Of a DNA stretch of 61,534 nucleotides, positions 1 through 8,262 are shown one piece after another. Where the stretch lies: IMG/VR virus record IMGVR_UViG_3300042539_001144, positions 1-61,534 of that record. One strand, 5' to 3'. Made by a program: the position numbers and the translations under genes. Below the pieces are notes generated by a model that was not told the DNA's origin, made no database searches, and was given only the letters and a program-made list of their open reading frames with translations. Every line of letters begins with the position of its first letter. The first letter of the stretch is position 1. This stretch comes from a virus. Its lineage: Duplodnaviria > Caudoviricetes.

Positions 1-127
1 AGGGGCTGGCGCCGGGTCCTTGGCGGTCGGTCTGGAGCGGTATCGATTGGTCACATTCCGGACTTGGCCGCCGTGCCACGCCCGGCCGGTTCGCTGCCTA
101 GACCCCCATCGGTTCAGGGCCGCGGCA
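1..127. repeat. Terminal direct repeat, copy 1 (assembly overlap of a circular contig)
   Basis: 1-127 is identical to 61408-61534; 127 nt equals a common assembler k-mer length; an ORF reads through the junction. Confidence 0.95.
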
Positions 128-444
128 ATCCGCTCCGTGCTCCAGCCGTGCTCCCGGGCGAGCGTGGCGGCACGCACTACGGCCATCTCGGCCGGGACCT
201 CTTCGAGTTGCCCGTCACGGCGCACCGCGTACCCGTACGGCGGCCTGCCGACCCATACGCCTTCCTCCCGGCAGCGACTCATCCCCTGTCTGATGAGGGG
301 GCCCGGAGCCATGTTCCGGTTGGTGTGATGCGCCCTGCCGTGACACCGACCGCAGAGCGGCACCGTCTTCGTGCCACCGCGGGAGCGGGGGACGACGTGA
401 TGGTCGACCTCGGCGGGTGAGCCGCACTCGAAGCACTCGGGCAT
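1..444 (-). CDS. HNH endonuclease fused to a serine-recombinase-type DNA-binding domain (5' part; 170 aa across the junction; not in ORF track)
   Basis: Hand translation from ATG 444: MPECFECGSPAEVDHHVVPRSRGGTKTVPLCGRCHGRAH (HNH), then GVWVGRPPYGY...LEEVPAEMAVV...GWSTERIAAALNRWG...GRAWHGGQVRNV (Recombinase-domain-like); continues 61407-61339. Confidence 0.8.
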   Translation of the reverse strand, partial: MPECFECGSPAEVDHHVVPRSRGGTKTVPLCGRCHGRAHHTNRNMAPGPLIRQGMSRCREEGVWVGRPPYGYAVRRDGQLEEVPAEMAVVRAATLAREHGWSTERIAAALNRWGSRQRTGRAWHGGQVRNVTNRYRSRPTAKDPAPAP

Positions 445-718
445 GCGCCGAGTTCAGCGCGAGATGGCGAGGTCGCCAATGCGGTCTCGTTTAGGTGCGT
501 TGAGTGCGTGAGAAGATTTTGCGAGTCAACTCGGGGAGGCACGTATATATGGGGCCGTCGCCGCCGGGGGCCGGGGCCGGGGGCATGCCGCCGCCGCCGC
601 GGACGCCGCGGGCCGCGATTCGCAGGGCGGACGCTGTGCAACGAGGGAACCATGGTTGCACACCCCCAAAAACAGCCTTGATTTTGTAGCCGTTCCCTCC
701 CGCCCGCCATCCCTCCGC

Positions 719-758
719 CCGCGTCGTCCGCATTCATCACGCCGCGTCGTCCGCATTC
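719..758. repeat. 17-bp direct repeat CCGCGTCGTCCGCATTC x2
   Basis: Copies at 719-735 and 742-758, in the non-coding region between divergent transcription units. Confidence 0.75.
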
Positions 759-813
759 GTGGGCGATCTTCCCGCCGCGGCGGGCGGACCGCGTTTCCCC
801 CGGCGATATCGGC

Positions 814-832
814 GAGCGGCTGACTGTTCTGG
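814..832 (+). promoter_or_regulatory. Early junction motif copy
   Basis: GAGCGGCTGACTGTTCTGG; matches consensus GATCGGCTGAnwGTTyy. Confidence 0.55.
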
Positions 833-893
833 AGGGACGACCAACACACCGCGACCGCTCCCCTCCGGTGGTCGTGACGATGGAGGATGAACG

Positions 894-1133
894 ATGGACG
901 CGATCCGCACTCGGCAACTCTCGGTGGCCCTCTCTGGCGACGACGCCACGTTGGTCGTCGCGGCACTCGCCGCGTTCCGGGTGGAGATGGAGACCGCCAT
1001 CTTCAACACGGAGCACACCACGGACCACGACGACGACGACGCGAACGATTCCATGGCGATCAACCGCCGCCGGATCGCACAGTGCCAGCGGTTGTGCGAC
1101 CAGATCGTTTCGGCCCTCGTCTTCGCCCGCTGA
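894..1133 (+). CDS. hypothetical protein
   Basis: GGAGG RBS; 79 aa; first gene of the early block. Confidence 0.7.
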   Translation: MDAIRTRQLSVALSGDDATLVVAALAAFRVEMETAIFNTEHTTDHDDDDANDSMAINRRRIAQCQRLCDQIVSALVFAR

Positions 1134-1137
1134 TCGC

Positions 1138-1157
1138 TGATCGGCTGATTGTTTCGG
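1138..1157 (+). promoter_or_regulatory. Early junction motif copy
   Basis: TGATCGGCTGATTGTTTCGG. Confidence 0.65.
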
Positions 1158-1170
1158 ACACACCACCACG

Positions 1171-1206
1171 ACGGCCCGCACGGGAGCGTTTCCCGCTGCG
1201 GGCCGT
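1171..1206 (+). other. GCGTT-loop bulged hairpin
   Basis: ACGGCCCGCA-CGGGA-GCGTT-TCCCG-C-TGCGGGCCGT, followed by TTTCAGGAG RBS. Confidence 0.7.
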
Positions 1207-1229
1207 TCGCATTTCAGGAGACCCCATCG

Positions 1230-2126
1230 ATGATCGCGTGCAACACCACCACCGGCCCGGTTCCCCTGATCGAACCGGCGGGCGAAGAGTTTCAGGTCGG
1301 CGAGATTCTCACGACGAACGCCAAACTGGAGAAGGCCCCCGACGGCGACGAGATCATGGTCCGCGGCGTCAGCATGGCACCGGCGAAGCGTAGCGGCGTC
1401 GGCAACGTCTGCCTGTTCGCGACCCGGGCCTGCATCATGGCGTGCGTGCTCTGGTTCGGCGGTCGCACCGTCACCGAGTCCGTGCGGCACGCTGCCATCG
1501 CCCGGACGCTGCTGTTCTTCCTGCACCCCGGCGTGTTCTTCGCCCGCCTCGACCGCGAACTGCGGAAGTGGCTGCGGGCGGCTGAGAAGGCTGGCGTGCG
1601 GTTGTACGTCCGCCTCAACACGGCGTCGGACATCACCTACGCCCCGTGGTTCATGCGGCAGTACCCCGGCTGCACGTTCTACGACTACACGAAGGACTAC
1701 GACCGGGCCTTGGCGTACGGTCGCGGGCTGCTGGCCGACAACTACCACGTCTCGTTCAGCGTGAGCGAATCCACGACGTGGGAGCAGGTCGCCACGCTCC
1801 ACGCCCTCGGCGTCAACCTTGTCGTGCCCGTGTCGTCGCACTACGTGCCGCAGGAGCACCAGTACGGCTACCTGCCCGAGCAGATCGTGTTCGTCGGCCC
1901 CTGCGGCGAGCGGATCACCACCGTCTGCCGCGACGGCGACAAGAGCGATCCCCGCGTGCCGGAGTACGACGGCCGCGGCGTGAGCGTGGGCCTGCGTGGC
2001 AAGGGAACCAACGCCGCGAAGGCTGCCGCGAACGAGCACGAGTTCTTCCGCCCCTTCGGCCTCGGCGACCAGTACTTCGCCGAGTTCCGCCAGAAGGGCA
2101 CCTGCATCGTGCGGCTCGCCGCCTGA
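1230..2126 (+). CDS. GP88-family protein
   Basis: VRLNTASDI, FYDYTK, NYHVSFS, DGDKSDPR and VGLRGKG motifs typical of phage Gp88-like proteins; CAGGAG RBS before ATG 1230. Confidence 0.75.
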   Translation: MIACNTTTGPVPLIEPAGEEFQVGEILTTNAKLEKAPDGDEIMVRGVSMAPAKRSGVGNVCLFATRACIMACVLWFGGRTVTESVRHAAIARTLLFFLHPGVFFARLDRELRKWLRAAEKAGVRLYVRLNTASDITYAPWFMRQYPGCTFYDYTKDYDRALAYGRGLLADNYHVSFSVSESTTWEQVATLHALGVNLVVPVSSHYVPQEHQYGYLPEQIVFVGPCGERITTVCRDGDKSDPRVPEYDGRGVSVGLRGKGTNAAKAAANEHEFFRPFGLGDQYFAEFRQKGTCIVRLAA

Positions 2127-2143
2127 TCGGCTGACTGTTTCGG
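2124..2143 (+). promoter_or_regulatory. Early junction motif copy
   Basis: TGATCGGCTGACTGTTTCGG, overlapping the stop codon. Confidence 0.65.
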
Positions 2144-2180
2144 AGTACTGATTCCCCAACCCTCAACGGAGACCCTGACC

Positions 2181-2534
2181 ATGTCCTGCGTCGGCTACAA
2201 ACTCTGCCGCTGCCGTCACTCCACGCCGCACCTTCGCGGCATGGTGGCTTCGTGCCGCCACTCCGGTGCCACCGTGTACCGCATCCGCGTCTGGTTCGGC
2301 GGGCTAACGCCCACCACCGAGAAGCGGGCCACGAAGTGGTCGGCATCCCGGCTGCTGTCCGACGTCATGCGTCGATACCCGCAGGCCGTGCGGATCGACA
2401 TCGACTGCGACACATCGCGTCCCTGCACCGAGGACTCACCCAAGGGCGTCATGTGGGTGGCCGCGAAGCCGCAGACGGTCGAGTGGGAGCGTGACCGCGA
2501 CTGCTACGAGATCAACGACGAGTACCGTTCCTGA
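2181..2534 (+). CDS. hypothetical protein
   Basis: GGAGACCCTGACC-ATG leader; 117 aa. Confidence 0.65.
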   Translation: MSCVGYKLCRCRHSTPHLRGMVASCRHSGATVYRIRVWFGGLTPTTEKRATKWSASRLLSDVMRRYPQAVRIDIDCDTSRPCTEDSPKGVMWVAAKPQTVEWERDRDCYEINDEYRS

Positions 2535-2562
2535 CCCCAACCCCAACCCGGAGACCCTGACC

Positions 2563-2847
2563 GTGAACGTCCACCTCAATGCCGATGCCCCCAACGCCAA
2601 CGATGTGCCGACGCTGCACAACCTGACCTACATGACGCTCGCGGAGTACTGCCGGGTCGGCGGCTTCGACGAGGAGGTCATCCGCGAGACGCTCGCCCTC
2701 TGCGAGGTGACTTGGGGATCGCCTGCCACGGAGACATTCCTCCGTGCGTCCGACGTTGCCCTCGCCTGCGAGTTGCACTGCGTCGATTCTGCGGGGGCTG
2801 TGCCTGCTGGCATCTCCCCCGACCTGTTCGTGCGGCTCGACGCCTGA
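2563..2847 (+). CDS. hypothetical protein
   Basis: Identical GGAGACCCTGACC leader before GTG 2563. Confidence 0.65.
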   Translation: MNVHLNADAPNANDVPTLHNLTYMTLAEYCRVGGFDEEVIRETLALCEVTWGSPATETFLRASDVALACELHCVDSAGAVPAGISPDLFVRLDA

Positions 2848-2870
2848 CCACACACCCACAACCCAGTACT

Positions 2871-2906
2871 GCGGCCCCGCCGGGAGCGTTTCCCGAGCGG
2901 GGCCGC
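2871..2906 (+). other. GCGTT-loop bulged hairpin
   Basis: GCGGCCCCGC-CGGGA-GCGTT-TCCCG-A-GCGGGGCCGC, then GTTTCAGGAG. Confidence 0.7.
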
Positions 2907-2930
2907 GGTCGTTTCAGGAGGAGAGTTCCC

Positions 2931-3311
2931 ATGATCCGCGTTCGATTCCACCTCGGTGCCGGTGCCCACTTCATGCACTGGCAGATCACGCACCACGACG
3001 GCAGCGTGACCTACCACGACCCCGACGCCTGCACCCTCACCATCTGGCAGGGCAGGCTCCGCAACCAGCCCGCCGCTGCGGCCCGCATCCACGCCGGTGC
3101 CAACAAGACCGTGTGTGCGTGGATCGAAGCCGAGCGGGTGGACGTTGACCCGGGCGTGTCGGGCGTGATGGGCGGTGCCCACGCTTCCTACAACCCGCGG
3201 GTCGCACCTCACTGGGTGATCAACGGACAGAACTCGGACGGTCGCAGGTTCCCGGTGCTCACCACCGCAGGGAGCCGCGTGTTCGTGCCCGAGATGCAGG
3301 CGATCGGCTGA
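2931..3311 (+). CDS. hypothetical protein
   Basis: AGGAGG RBS; MIRVRFHLGAGAHFMHWQI start. Confidence 0.7.
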   Translation: MIRVRFHLGAGAHFMHWQITHHDGSVTYHDPDACTLTIWQGRLRNQPAAAARIHAGANKTVCAWIEAERVDVDPGVSGVMGGAHASYNPRVAPHWVINGQNSDGRRFPVLTTAGSRVFVPEMQAIG

Positions 3312-3320
3312 TAGTTCTGG
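3302..3320 (+). promoter_or_regulatory. Early junction motif copy
   Basis: GATCGGCTGATAGTTCTGG; its TGA is the upstream stop codon. Confidence 0.65.
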
Positions 3321-3351
3321 ATCGACAACCTCAACACGAAAGGACGATGCG

Positions 3352-3756
3352 ATGACCATGCGATTTGAAGGCAAGTTCCAGTGCAACCCGCAGCCCGGCG
3401 ACTTCCTGACCCTGAACGTCGGCAGCGTCGAGGTGCGGGCCACCATCAAGCACGACGGCCACTCCCGGCCATCGGACTACGAGTGCTACACGCCAGCCGA
3501 CTGCGAGTCGTGGAGGCGGGGCGAGTGGTACTTCTGCGGCGTCGTGATCTCCGTGCGTGCCAACGGCCGCTCGGTGGACGAGCACCACGAATCCCTGTGG
3601 GGCATCGACGTCAACAACTCGGGCGACTACGTCACCGAGATCGCCAACGACATGGCGAAGCGTGTCGATCTGACCGAAATCGCACTGCGTCTCGGCGAGT
3701 GCTCGCGATCCCTGCGTAACGCACGGGACTCGATGCTGCTCGGCTCGCCCGTCTGA
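3352..3756 (+). CDS. hypothetical protein
   Basis: AAGGA RBS; 134 aa. Confidence 0.7.
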   Translation: MTMRFEGKFQCNPQPGDFLTLNVGSVEVRATIKHDGHSRPSDYECYTPADCESWRRGEWYFCGVVISVRANGRSVDEHHESLWGIDVNNSGDYVTEIANDMAKRVDLTEIALRLGECSRSLRNARDSMLLGSPV

Positions 3757-3841
3757 CCCCGGCCCGTGGTCGGCAGCCCTCCGCGTGGCGGGCTGCCATC
3801 CGTGGATCGTGGATCGCTTGAACCTACCGGAGTACTGAATC

Positions 3842-4297
3842 ATGGCTGACGTGAAGTGGTCGGTGAGCAATGACCGCGAAGACGACGAGGCGTATATCGA
3901 GAACGAGCGTGGCGTGGAGTGCGTCCAGATTCAACGCACAAACGGCCCAGCCCTGACCCGGGGCGAGTTCGACGTGATCGTCGACCTCATCGCTGCCGCA
4001 CCGGAGATGCTCGCCGCACTGCGTGACCTGCGTGCCACGCTGGAGGCGTTGACGGGGTGGCGTGAACTCGACGGCACGCAGATCGATCAACTCATCGCCA
4101 GCGATGGGCTGCACTACCTCGACAAGGTCATCGCCAAGGCCGAGCCGGTTCGCGAGGTTCGCCGGAAGGTGGAAGTCACGGTCGAGGTCACACTCGACGT
4201 GCAGGCGGGCACCGATGACGCCACCCTCGCCATGATCGCGGTCGATGCGGTGCGTGACGGCGGCGGCGCTGTCACTGCCCACAAGGTGATCGGCTGA
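3842..4297 (+). CDS. hypothetical protein
   Basis: LIAAAPEMLAAL motif common in phage early proteins. Confidence 0.75.
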   Translation: MADVKWSVSNDREDDEAYIENERGVECVQIQRTNGPALTRGEFDVIVDLIAAAPEMLAALRDLRATLEALTGWRELDGTQIDQLIASDGLHYLDKVIAKAEPVREVRRKVEVTVEVTLDVQAGTDDATLAMIAVDAVRDGGGAVTAHKVIG

Positions 4298-4306
4298 TAG
4301 TTCCAG
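4287..4306 (+). promoter_or_regulatory. Early junction motif copy
   Basis: TGATCGGCTGATAGTTCCAG. Confidence 0.65.
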
Positions 4307-4314
4307 ACACACAG

Positions 4315-4356
4315 ACCACGACCCCGGCAGGTGCGTTGCCTGACCGGGGTCGTGGT
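4315..4356 (+). other. GCGTT-loop bulged hairpin
   Basis: ACCACGACCCCGG-CAGGT-GCGTT-GCCTG-A-CCGGGGTCGTGGT, then GTTTCAGGAG. Confidence 0.7.
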
Positions 4357-4370
4357 GTTTCAGGAGGTGC

Positions 4371-4718
4371 ATGATGAATCGGTATCAGTTCACGAACGCG
4401 GCGGGCTTTCGCCTCGTCGAGCGGTGCCTCAAGTTCAACACCGCGATGACGCTCGGCGAGGTGCCGTGCCTTGAGGTGGAGGGGTGGCTCGCGGTGGAGG
4501 GGTATCGCGGCGAGTTCGCCATGCACGAGTTCGTGCAGTGGCTCAAGGCCAACGCCCCGTCGTCCACGTCCGCAGCCAAGGTGCTCGGGCTGGTGGCGAT
4601 GGGCATGGCATCGGAGATGGTTCGCGACCGGGAGTTCATCGACAAGGTGGAAGCGTTCCACTCTGCGATGACCCGGCGGTTCGGTGTGGACAAGAGCGAC
4701 GTGAAAGGGGGCGAGTGA
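4371..4718 (+). CDS. hypothetical protein
   Basis: AGGAGG RBS; 115 aa. Confidence 0.7.
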   Translation: MMNRYQFTNAAGFRLVERCLKFNTAMTLGEVPCLEVEGWLAVEGYRGEFAMHEFVQWLKANAPSSTSAAKVLGLVAMGMASEMVRDREFIDKVEAFHSAMTRRFGVDKSDVKGGE

Positions 4719-5047
4719 TGCGACGAGGCACCAACGTCATGCGGCTCCGCGATGAGCGGGCCAAGGACATGAAGGCGGAGCGGTGGTCGAGGGTCAACGT
4801 GCGGGGCATCAACCCGTACACCATCGACCGGGTGGTCGGCACCTTCACCACGGAGTTCTCTCGCACTGGGCGGAGCCTGCCCATCGGCGAGTACTCCACC
4901 GTGGAGGTGCGGGCGTACGACGTGCGGTGCCCGGACGGCACCACGTTCCGGTTCGCCCGACTGAAGGACGCGAAGACGTTCATCGTGTACGAGAGCAACG
5001 GCCTCCTCATCCCGGCAGCCCTCGCTGCTGGCCTGAAGGTGGGCTGA
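4718..5047 (+). CDS. hypothetical protein
   Basis: TGATG coupling to the upstream gene. Confidence 0.6.
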   Translation: MRRGTNVMRLRDERAKDMKAERWSRVNVRGINPYTIDRVVGTFTTEFSRTGRSLPIGEYSTVEVRAYDVRCPDGTTFRFARLKDAKTFIVYESNGLLIPAALAAGLKVG

Positions 5048-5355
5048 TGCGAACCGTCACGGAGGACGAGTACCGGGTGAGCAAGCGAGTCGTGCTCACG
5101 CCCGGCGTGAAGTTCAGGGCAGGCGGCGGGCCGTACTACCGCCTGTCCGATGGCACGAAGGTGAGCCTCGCTGCGGCGGGCCCCTTCACTTTCGTCCGCT
5201 GCCACAGGCGGGGGAAGTACGTGCTGATCGAAGCACTCGACAGGAATGGGTGCTTCGCTCCGCTCCATGTGGCAGGCCGACGGGCAAGGATCACGCCCGC
5301 ACTCGTGCCTCGTCCCTACGTGATCCGTTCCACGGTGAGGAGGAAGGAATCGTGA
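5047..5355 (+). CDS. hypothetical protein
   Basis: TGATG coupling; MRTVTEDEYRVSK start. Confidence 0.6.
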   Translation: MRTVTEDEYRVSKRVVLTPGVKFRAGGGPYYRLSDGTKVSLAAAGPFTFVRCHRRGKYVLIEALDRNGCFAPLHVAGRRARITPALVPRPYVIRSTVRRKES

Positions 5356-5762
5356 AGACCGCGAAGCGAGTGGATCTCCGCCCCATCCGGGCTGCGTTCC
5401 GTGAGTTGATGAAGTACGGCATCCTCTGTGAGGGTGGCCGGTGGACGTGCTGCCAGTCGTGCGGACAGCACGACATGCAGTTGCGGTGGGACAAGGCGGC
5501 CGAGGGCGAGAAGCCTCTCGGCTACGCCTTCTGGCACGCACAGGACGACGACCTGCTGCGTGAGACCGGCGAACTGTGGCTGGCGTTCAATGCCTTCGAT
5601 CAGGTCGACTCCCGGTTCGTGGGCAACCTCGTCGTCGGCGTGCTGAAGAAGCACGGCGTGCGGGCACGGTGGAAGGGCGACGTCCGCACCCGGATCGAGT
5701 GCATCCTCGGGTGGCGCGAAGTGGGCGTGCGATTCGTCACGAAGAAGGGAGGTGCGAAGTGA
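5352..5762 (+). CDS. DUF6891-like protein
   Basis: AFREL..GI...TCCQSCG, GYAFWHAQD, LWLAF and WKGDVRTRI pattern; GTGA coupling. Confidence 0.6.
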   Translation: MKTAKRVDLRPIRAAFRELMKYGILCEGGRWTCCQSCGQHDMQLRWDKAAEGEKPLGYAFWHAQDDDLLRETGELWLAFNAFDQVDSRFVGNLVVGVLKKHGVRARWKGDVRTRIECILGWREVGVRFVTKKGGAK

Positions 5763-5962
5763 GTGGCGATGACGTGCGAGAGACGGTGGCTGGTTTCATG
5801 CGGGCGGCTGGACTGCACCCGTCGCTGATCTACGCCTTCCGCAAGACGGGACTGTTGGTGGGGGAGGATACGCCCCACTCGGATGCAGAGCGGAAGGAGT
5901 TCGTCGATGCCGCCGATGAGTGGTGGAGCCAGAACGAAGTGGTGAAAGGAGGTGCGAAGTGA
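5759..5962 (+). CDS. hypothetical protein
   Basis: MRAAGLHPSLIYAFRKTGLLV; GGAGG RBS; GTGA coupling. Confidence 0.65.
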   Translation: MSGDDVRETVAGFMRAAGLHPSLIYAFRKTGLLVGEDTPHSDAERKEFVDAADEWWSQNEVVKGGAK

Positions 5963-6033
5963 GAGACGAGCAATGGATGCTCGTGATCGAGGTGATCCGC
6001 GTGATCATCGAGATCATCCGGCACGGAGGCTGA
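5959..6033 (+). CDS. small hydrophobic peptide (24 aa)
   Basis: GGAGG RBS, GTGA coupling; MRDEQWMLVIEVIRVIIEIIRHGG; stops at the junction motif. Confidence 0.45.
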   Translation: MRDEQWMLVIEVIRVIIEIIRHGG

Positions 6034-6049
6034 TCGGCTGAGTGTTTTG
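6031..6049 (+). promoter_or_regulatory. Early junction motif copy
   Basis: TGATCGGCTGAGTGTTTTG. Confidence 0.6.
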
Positions 6050-6054
6050 ACGAG

Positions 6055-6098
6055 GCACGGCAGGCCACGGGGGAGCGTTTCCCTCGTGGCCGCCGTGC
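6055..6098 (+). other. GCGTT-loop hairpin
   Basis: GCACGGC-A-GGCCACGG-GGGA-GCGTT-TCCC-TCGTGGCC-GCCGTGC. Confidence 0.65.
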
Positions 6099-6170
6099 TT
6101 TACGGGGGTGGACGGACTCATTGACGGCACCCGGATGATGAACGAGTACTCAATCACAAAGGACTGACAG

Positions 6171-7052
6171 ATGATCGCAACCAATCTCCCCTCGGCTGCC
6201 GAGGGTGCTCTCGTTTGGGTGAACCACGCCGGGCGTGTCCGGGTCAACGTGGTTCGCTCCGTGTTCTCGAACCTCGGGCTGGCGAAGTGCCTGCCCCGCA
6301 AGGAAAAGCGGGCCATCGCCCTGCGGCTGGCGATCAAGGCGTGGCTGATCGCACGGTACGGGAGGAAGGACGCCCGCACCATGCGTCTGTACCCGCTCGA
6401 CCGCCGGGTGCTCGGGTTCGAGGTGCGTCGGAAGGTGGATGGCACCGAGCAGAACGATCACCCGTACGTCTGCACCGTGAAGGCCGACGACCACGGGGCG
6501 TACGTCACGTACGCCGGTGCGGCTGGCCCGCAGCAGGAGACCGACGACGTGACCCGCATCTACCTCGACCGCGTCGAGTGGTACTGCGGCACGACGGTCG
6601 GCTCGCTGATCAAGCGTGCCATCACCGAGAAGTGGATGGGCACCTCGCTCAAGAGCAACGGCGGCCTGTACTTCCTGCCCGGCCAGTACCTGCCCAACTA
6701 CCGGGCGCTGGCCGACGGCATGGAGCGGAGCCCGTCCAACCCGGACTCCGAGTTGGTGATGACCGTCGCCACGTTCGACGTCCGCAACAACCCGAGCGTG
6801 GCCCGTGACGCGATGCTCTCGCTGCGGCAGGAGATCAAGGCGGCGACCGACGAGATCAACGCAGACCTCGTCGGTGCCCACGAGATGACCGAGTCGGGCA
6901 TCGCCAACCGCAAGGCCCGGCTGGCACGGCTGCTCGCACAGGCGGCGGAGTACTCCGCCCTGTTCGAGGCCAGCATCGACGACCTGAAGGGCATGGTCGA
7001 GGGCACGCAGAGCGCCCTTGCCATGGCCGAGTTGGCCGAGGCTTCCGCCTGA
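6171..7052 (+). CDS. hypothetical protein, DUF3150/DUF6744-like
   Basis: GGLYFLP motif and coiled-coil C-terminus; lies beside the AAA/VWA pair. Confidence 0.55.
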   Translation: MIATNLPSAAEGALVWVNHAGRVRVNVVRSVFSNLGLAKCLPRKEKRAIALRLAIKAWLIARYGRKDARTMRLYPLDRRVLGFEVRRKVDGTEQNDHPYVCTVKADDHGAYVTYAGAAGPQQETDDVTRIYLDRVEWYCGTTVGSLIKRAITEKWMGTSLKSNGGLYFLPGQYLPNYRALADGMERSPSNPDSELVMTVATFDVRNNPSVARDAMLSLRQEIKAATDEINADLVGAHEMTESGIANRKARLARLLAQAAEYSALFEASIDDLKGMVEGTQSALAMAELAEASA

Positions 7053-7068
7053 TCGGCTGTGTGTTCTG
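7050..7068 (+). promoter_or_regulatory. Early junction motif copy
   Basis: TGATCGGCTGTGTGTTCTG, then a GC hairpin at 7081-7111. Confidence 0.6.
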
Positions 7069-7143
7069 AGCGATCTCGATGCGGGCGGCGGGCACTGTGC
7101 TCGCCGCCCGCCCTGTTTCACCCCCGAGTTGGAGGACTCTTTG

Positions 7144-8262
7144 ATGTTCAGTCACCCCATGTGGTTCGCGTTCGTTGTCATGCAGACCATGATCCCCACC
7201 CTGCTGATCGGCCCGCCGGGCTGCGGCAAGACGGCCTCGATCATGGCTCTCTCCCACGCCATCAAGCGGCGGTTCGTTCCGCTGATCGGCAGCCAGTGCT
7301 CGCCCGAGGACGTGTCCGGCCTGCCCGTGCCGGACATGGTGAAGTTCCTGTGCCGCATGATGCCCATGTCGTGGGTCGAGGCACTGCTCACCCCGGGCGG
7401 GCTGCTCGCCCTCGACGAGTTCGGCAACACGCCCCCGTCGGTGCATGCCTCGCTGCTCACCGTGATTCAGGACAAGAGGGTCGGCGACCTGACCCTCGAT
7501 CTGGACACGATGATCGTGGCGATGATGAACCCGCCGGAGCAGTCGCCCAACGGCACGCCGCTGTCGCTGCCCACTGCCAATCGGTTCTTCATCACCGAGT
7601 GGAAGAACGACACGGCAGCGTGGATCGACGGGCTCGCAGCCGGGTGCGAGTGGGCTGCCCCGCAGATGCCCATCCTGCCTGACGACTGGAAGACTCGCGT
7701 CCCCCGGTGGGGTGCGCTGCTCGCCACCTATCACCGCCGGTTCCCCGGCCGTGACAACGTGCTGCCGAAGGACGACACGATCCTCCGCTACCCGACCGAG
7801 CGGTCGTGGAGGAACGCCGTTCACTGCCTCGCTGCTGGCGAGGCTGCGGGTGCGGACATGTGGACCGACCAGTCCAACGTCCGGCTCATGGCAGCCGGGT
7901 GCGTCGGTGATCAGGCGGCCGACGAGTTCTGCGAGTGGAAGAGCACGTTCGACATGGCCGATCCGCTCGACATCCTCGACGGCAAGGTGACGTTCAAGCA
8001 CCGCGACGAGCGGCCGGACATCACGATGACCGTGCTCGCTGCTCTCGCCTCGGCGGTGAGCACCGAGTCCACGTTCACGCCGGACCGCTGGGATGCGGCG
8101 GCCATGATCTTCGGTGAGGTTGGCAAGACCAGCCACCCGGAGATGGCGCTCCGCTACACGCGGCTGCTGCTCGATGCGACGGCGAAGTTCAAGCACGCCC
8201 CGTCGGCGAAGGTGCTCAAGCCCCTCGTCGAAATGAACGCGGCGATGAAGGTGGGCGGCTGA
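7144..8262 (+). CDS. MoxR-like AAA+ ATPase
   Basis: Walker A GPPGCGKT, Walker B LALDEF, sensor MNPP, arginine finger ANRF, PTERSW. Confidence 0.9.
   Translation: MFSHPMWFAFVVMQTMIPTLLIGPPGCGKTASIMALSHAIKRRFVPLIGSQCSPEDVSGLPVPDMVKFLCRMMPMSWVEALLTPGGLLALDEFGNTPPSVHASLLTVIQDKRVGDLTLDLDTMIVAMMNPPEQSPNGTPLSLPTANRFFITEWKNDTAAWIDGLAAGCEWAAPQMPILPDDWKTRVPRWGALLATYHRRFPGRDNVLPKDDTILRYPTERSWRNAVHCLAAGEAAGADMWTDQSNVRLMAAGCVGDQAADEFCEWKSTFDMADPLDILDGKVTFKHRDERPDITMTVLAALASAVSTESTFTPDRWDAAAMIFGEVGKTSHPEMALRYTRLLLDATAKFKHAPSAKVLKPLVEMNAAMKVGG

Noticed and set aside
279-2159. 626-aa minus-strand ORF and other long antisense ORFs (e.g. 22619-24751, 25733-28120, 37015-38829, 47168-49093)
   Set aside because: Shadow ORFs of real genes in high-GC DNA; no motifs or RBS
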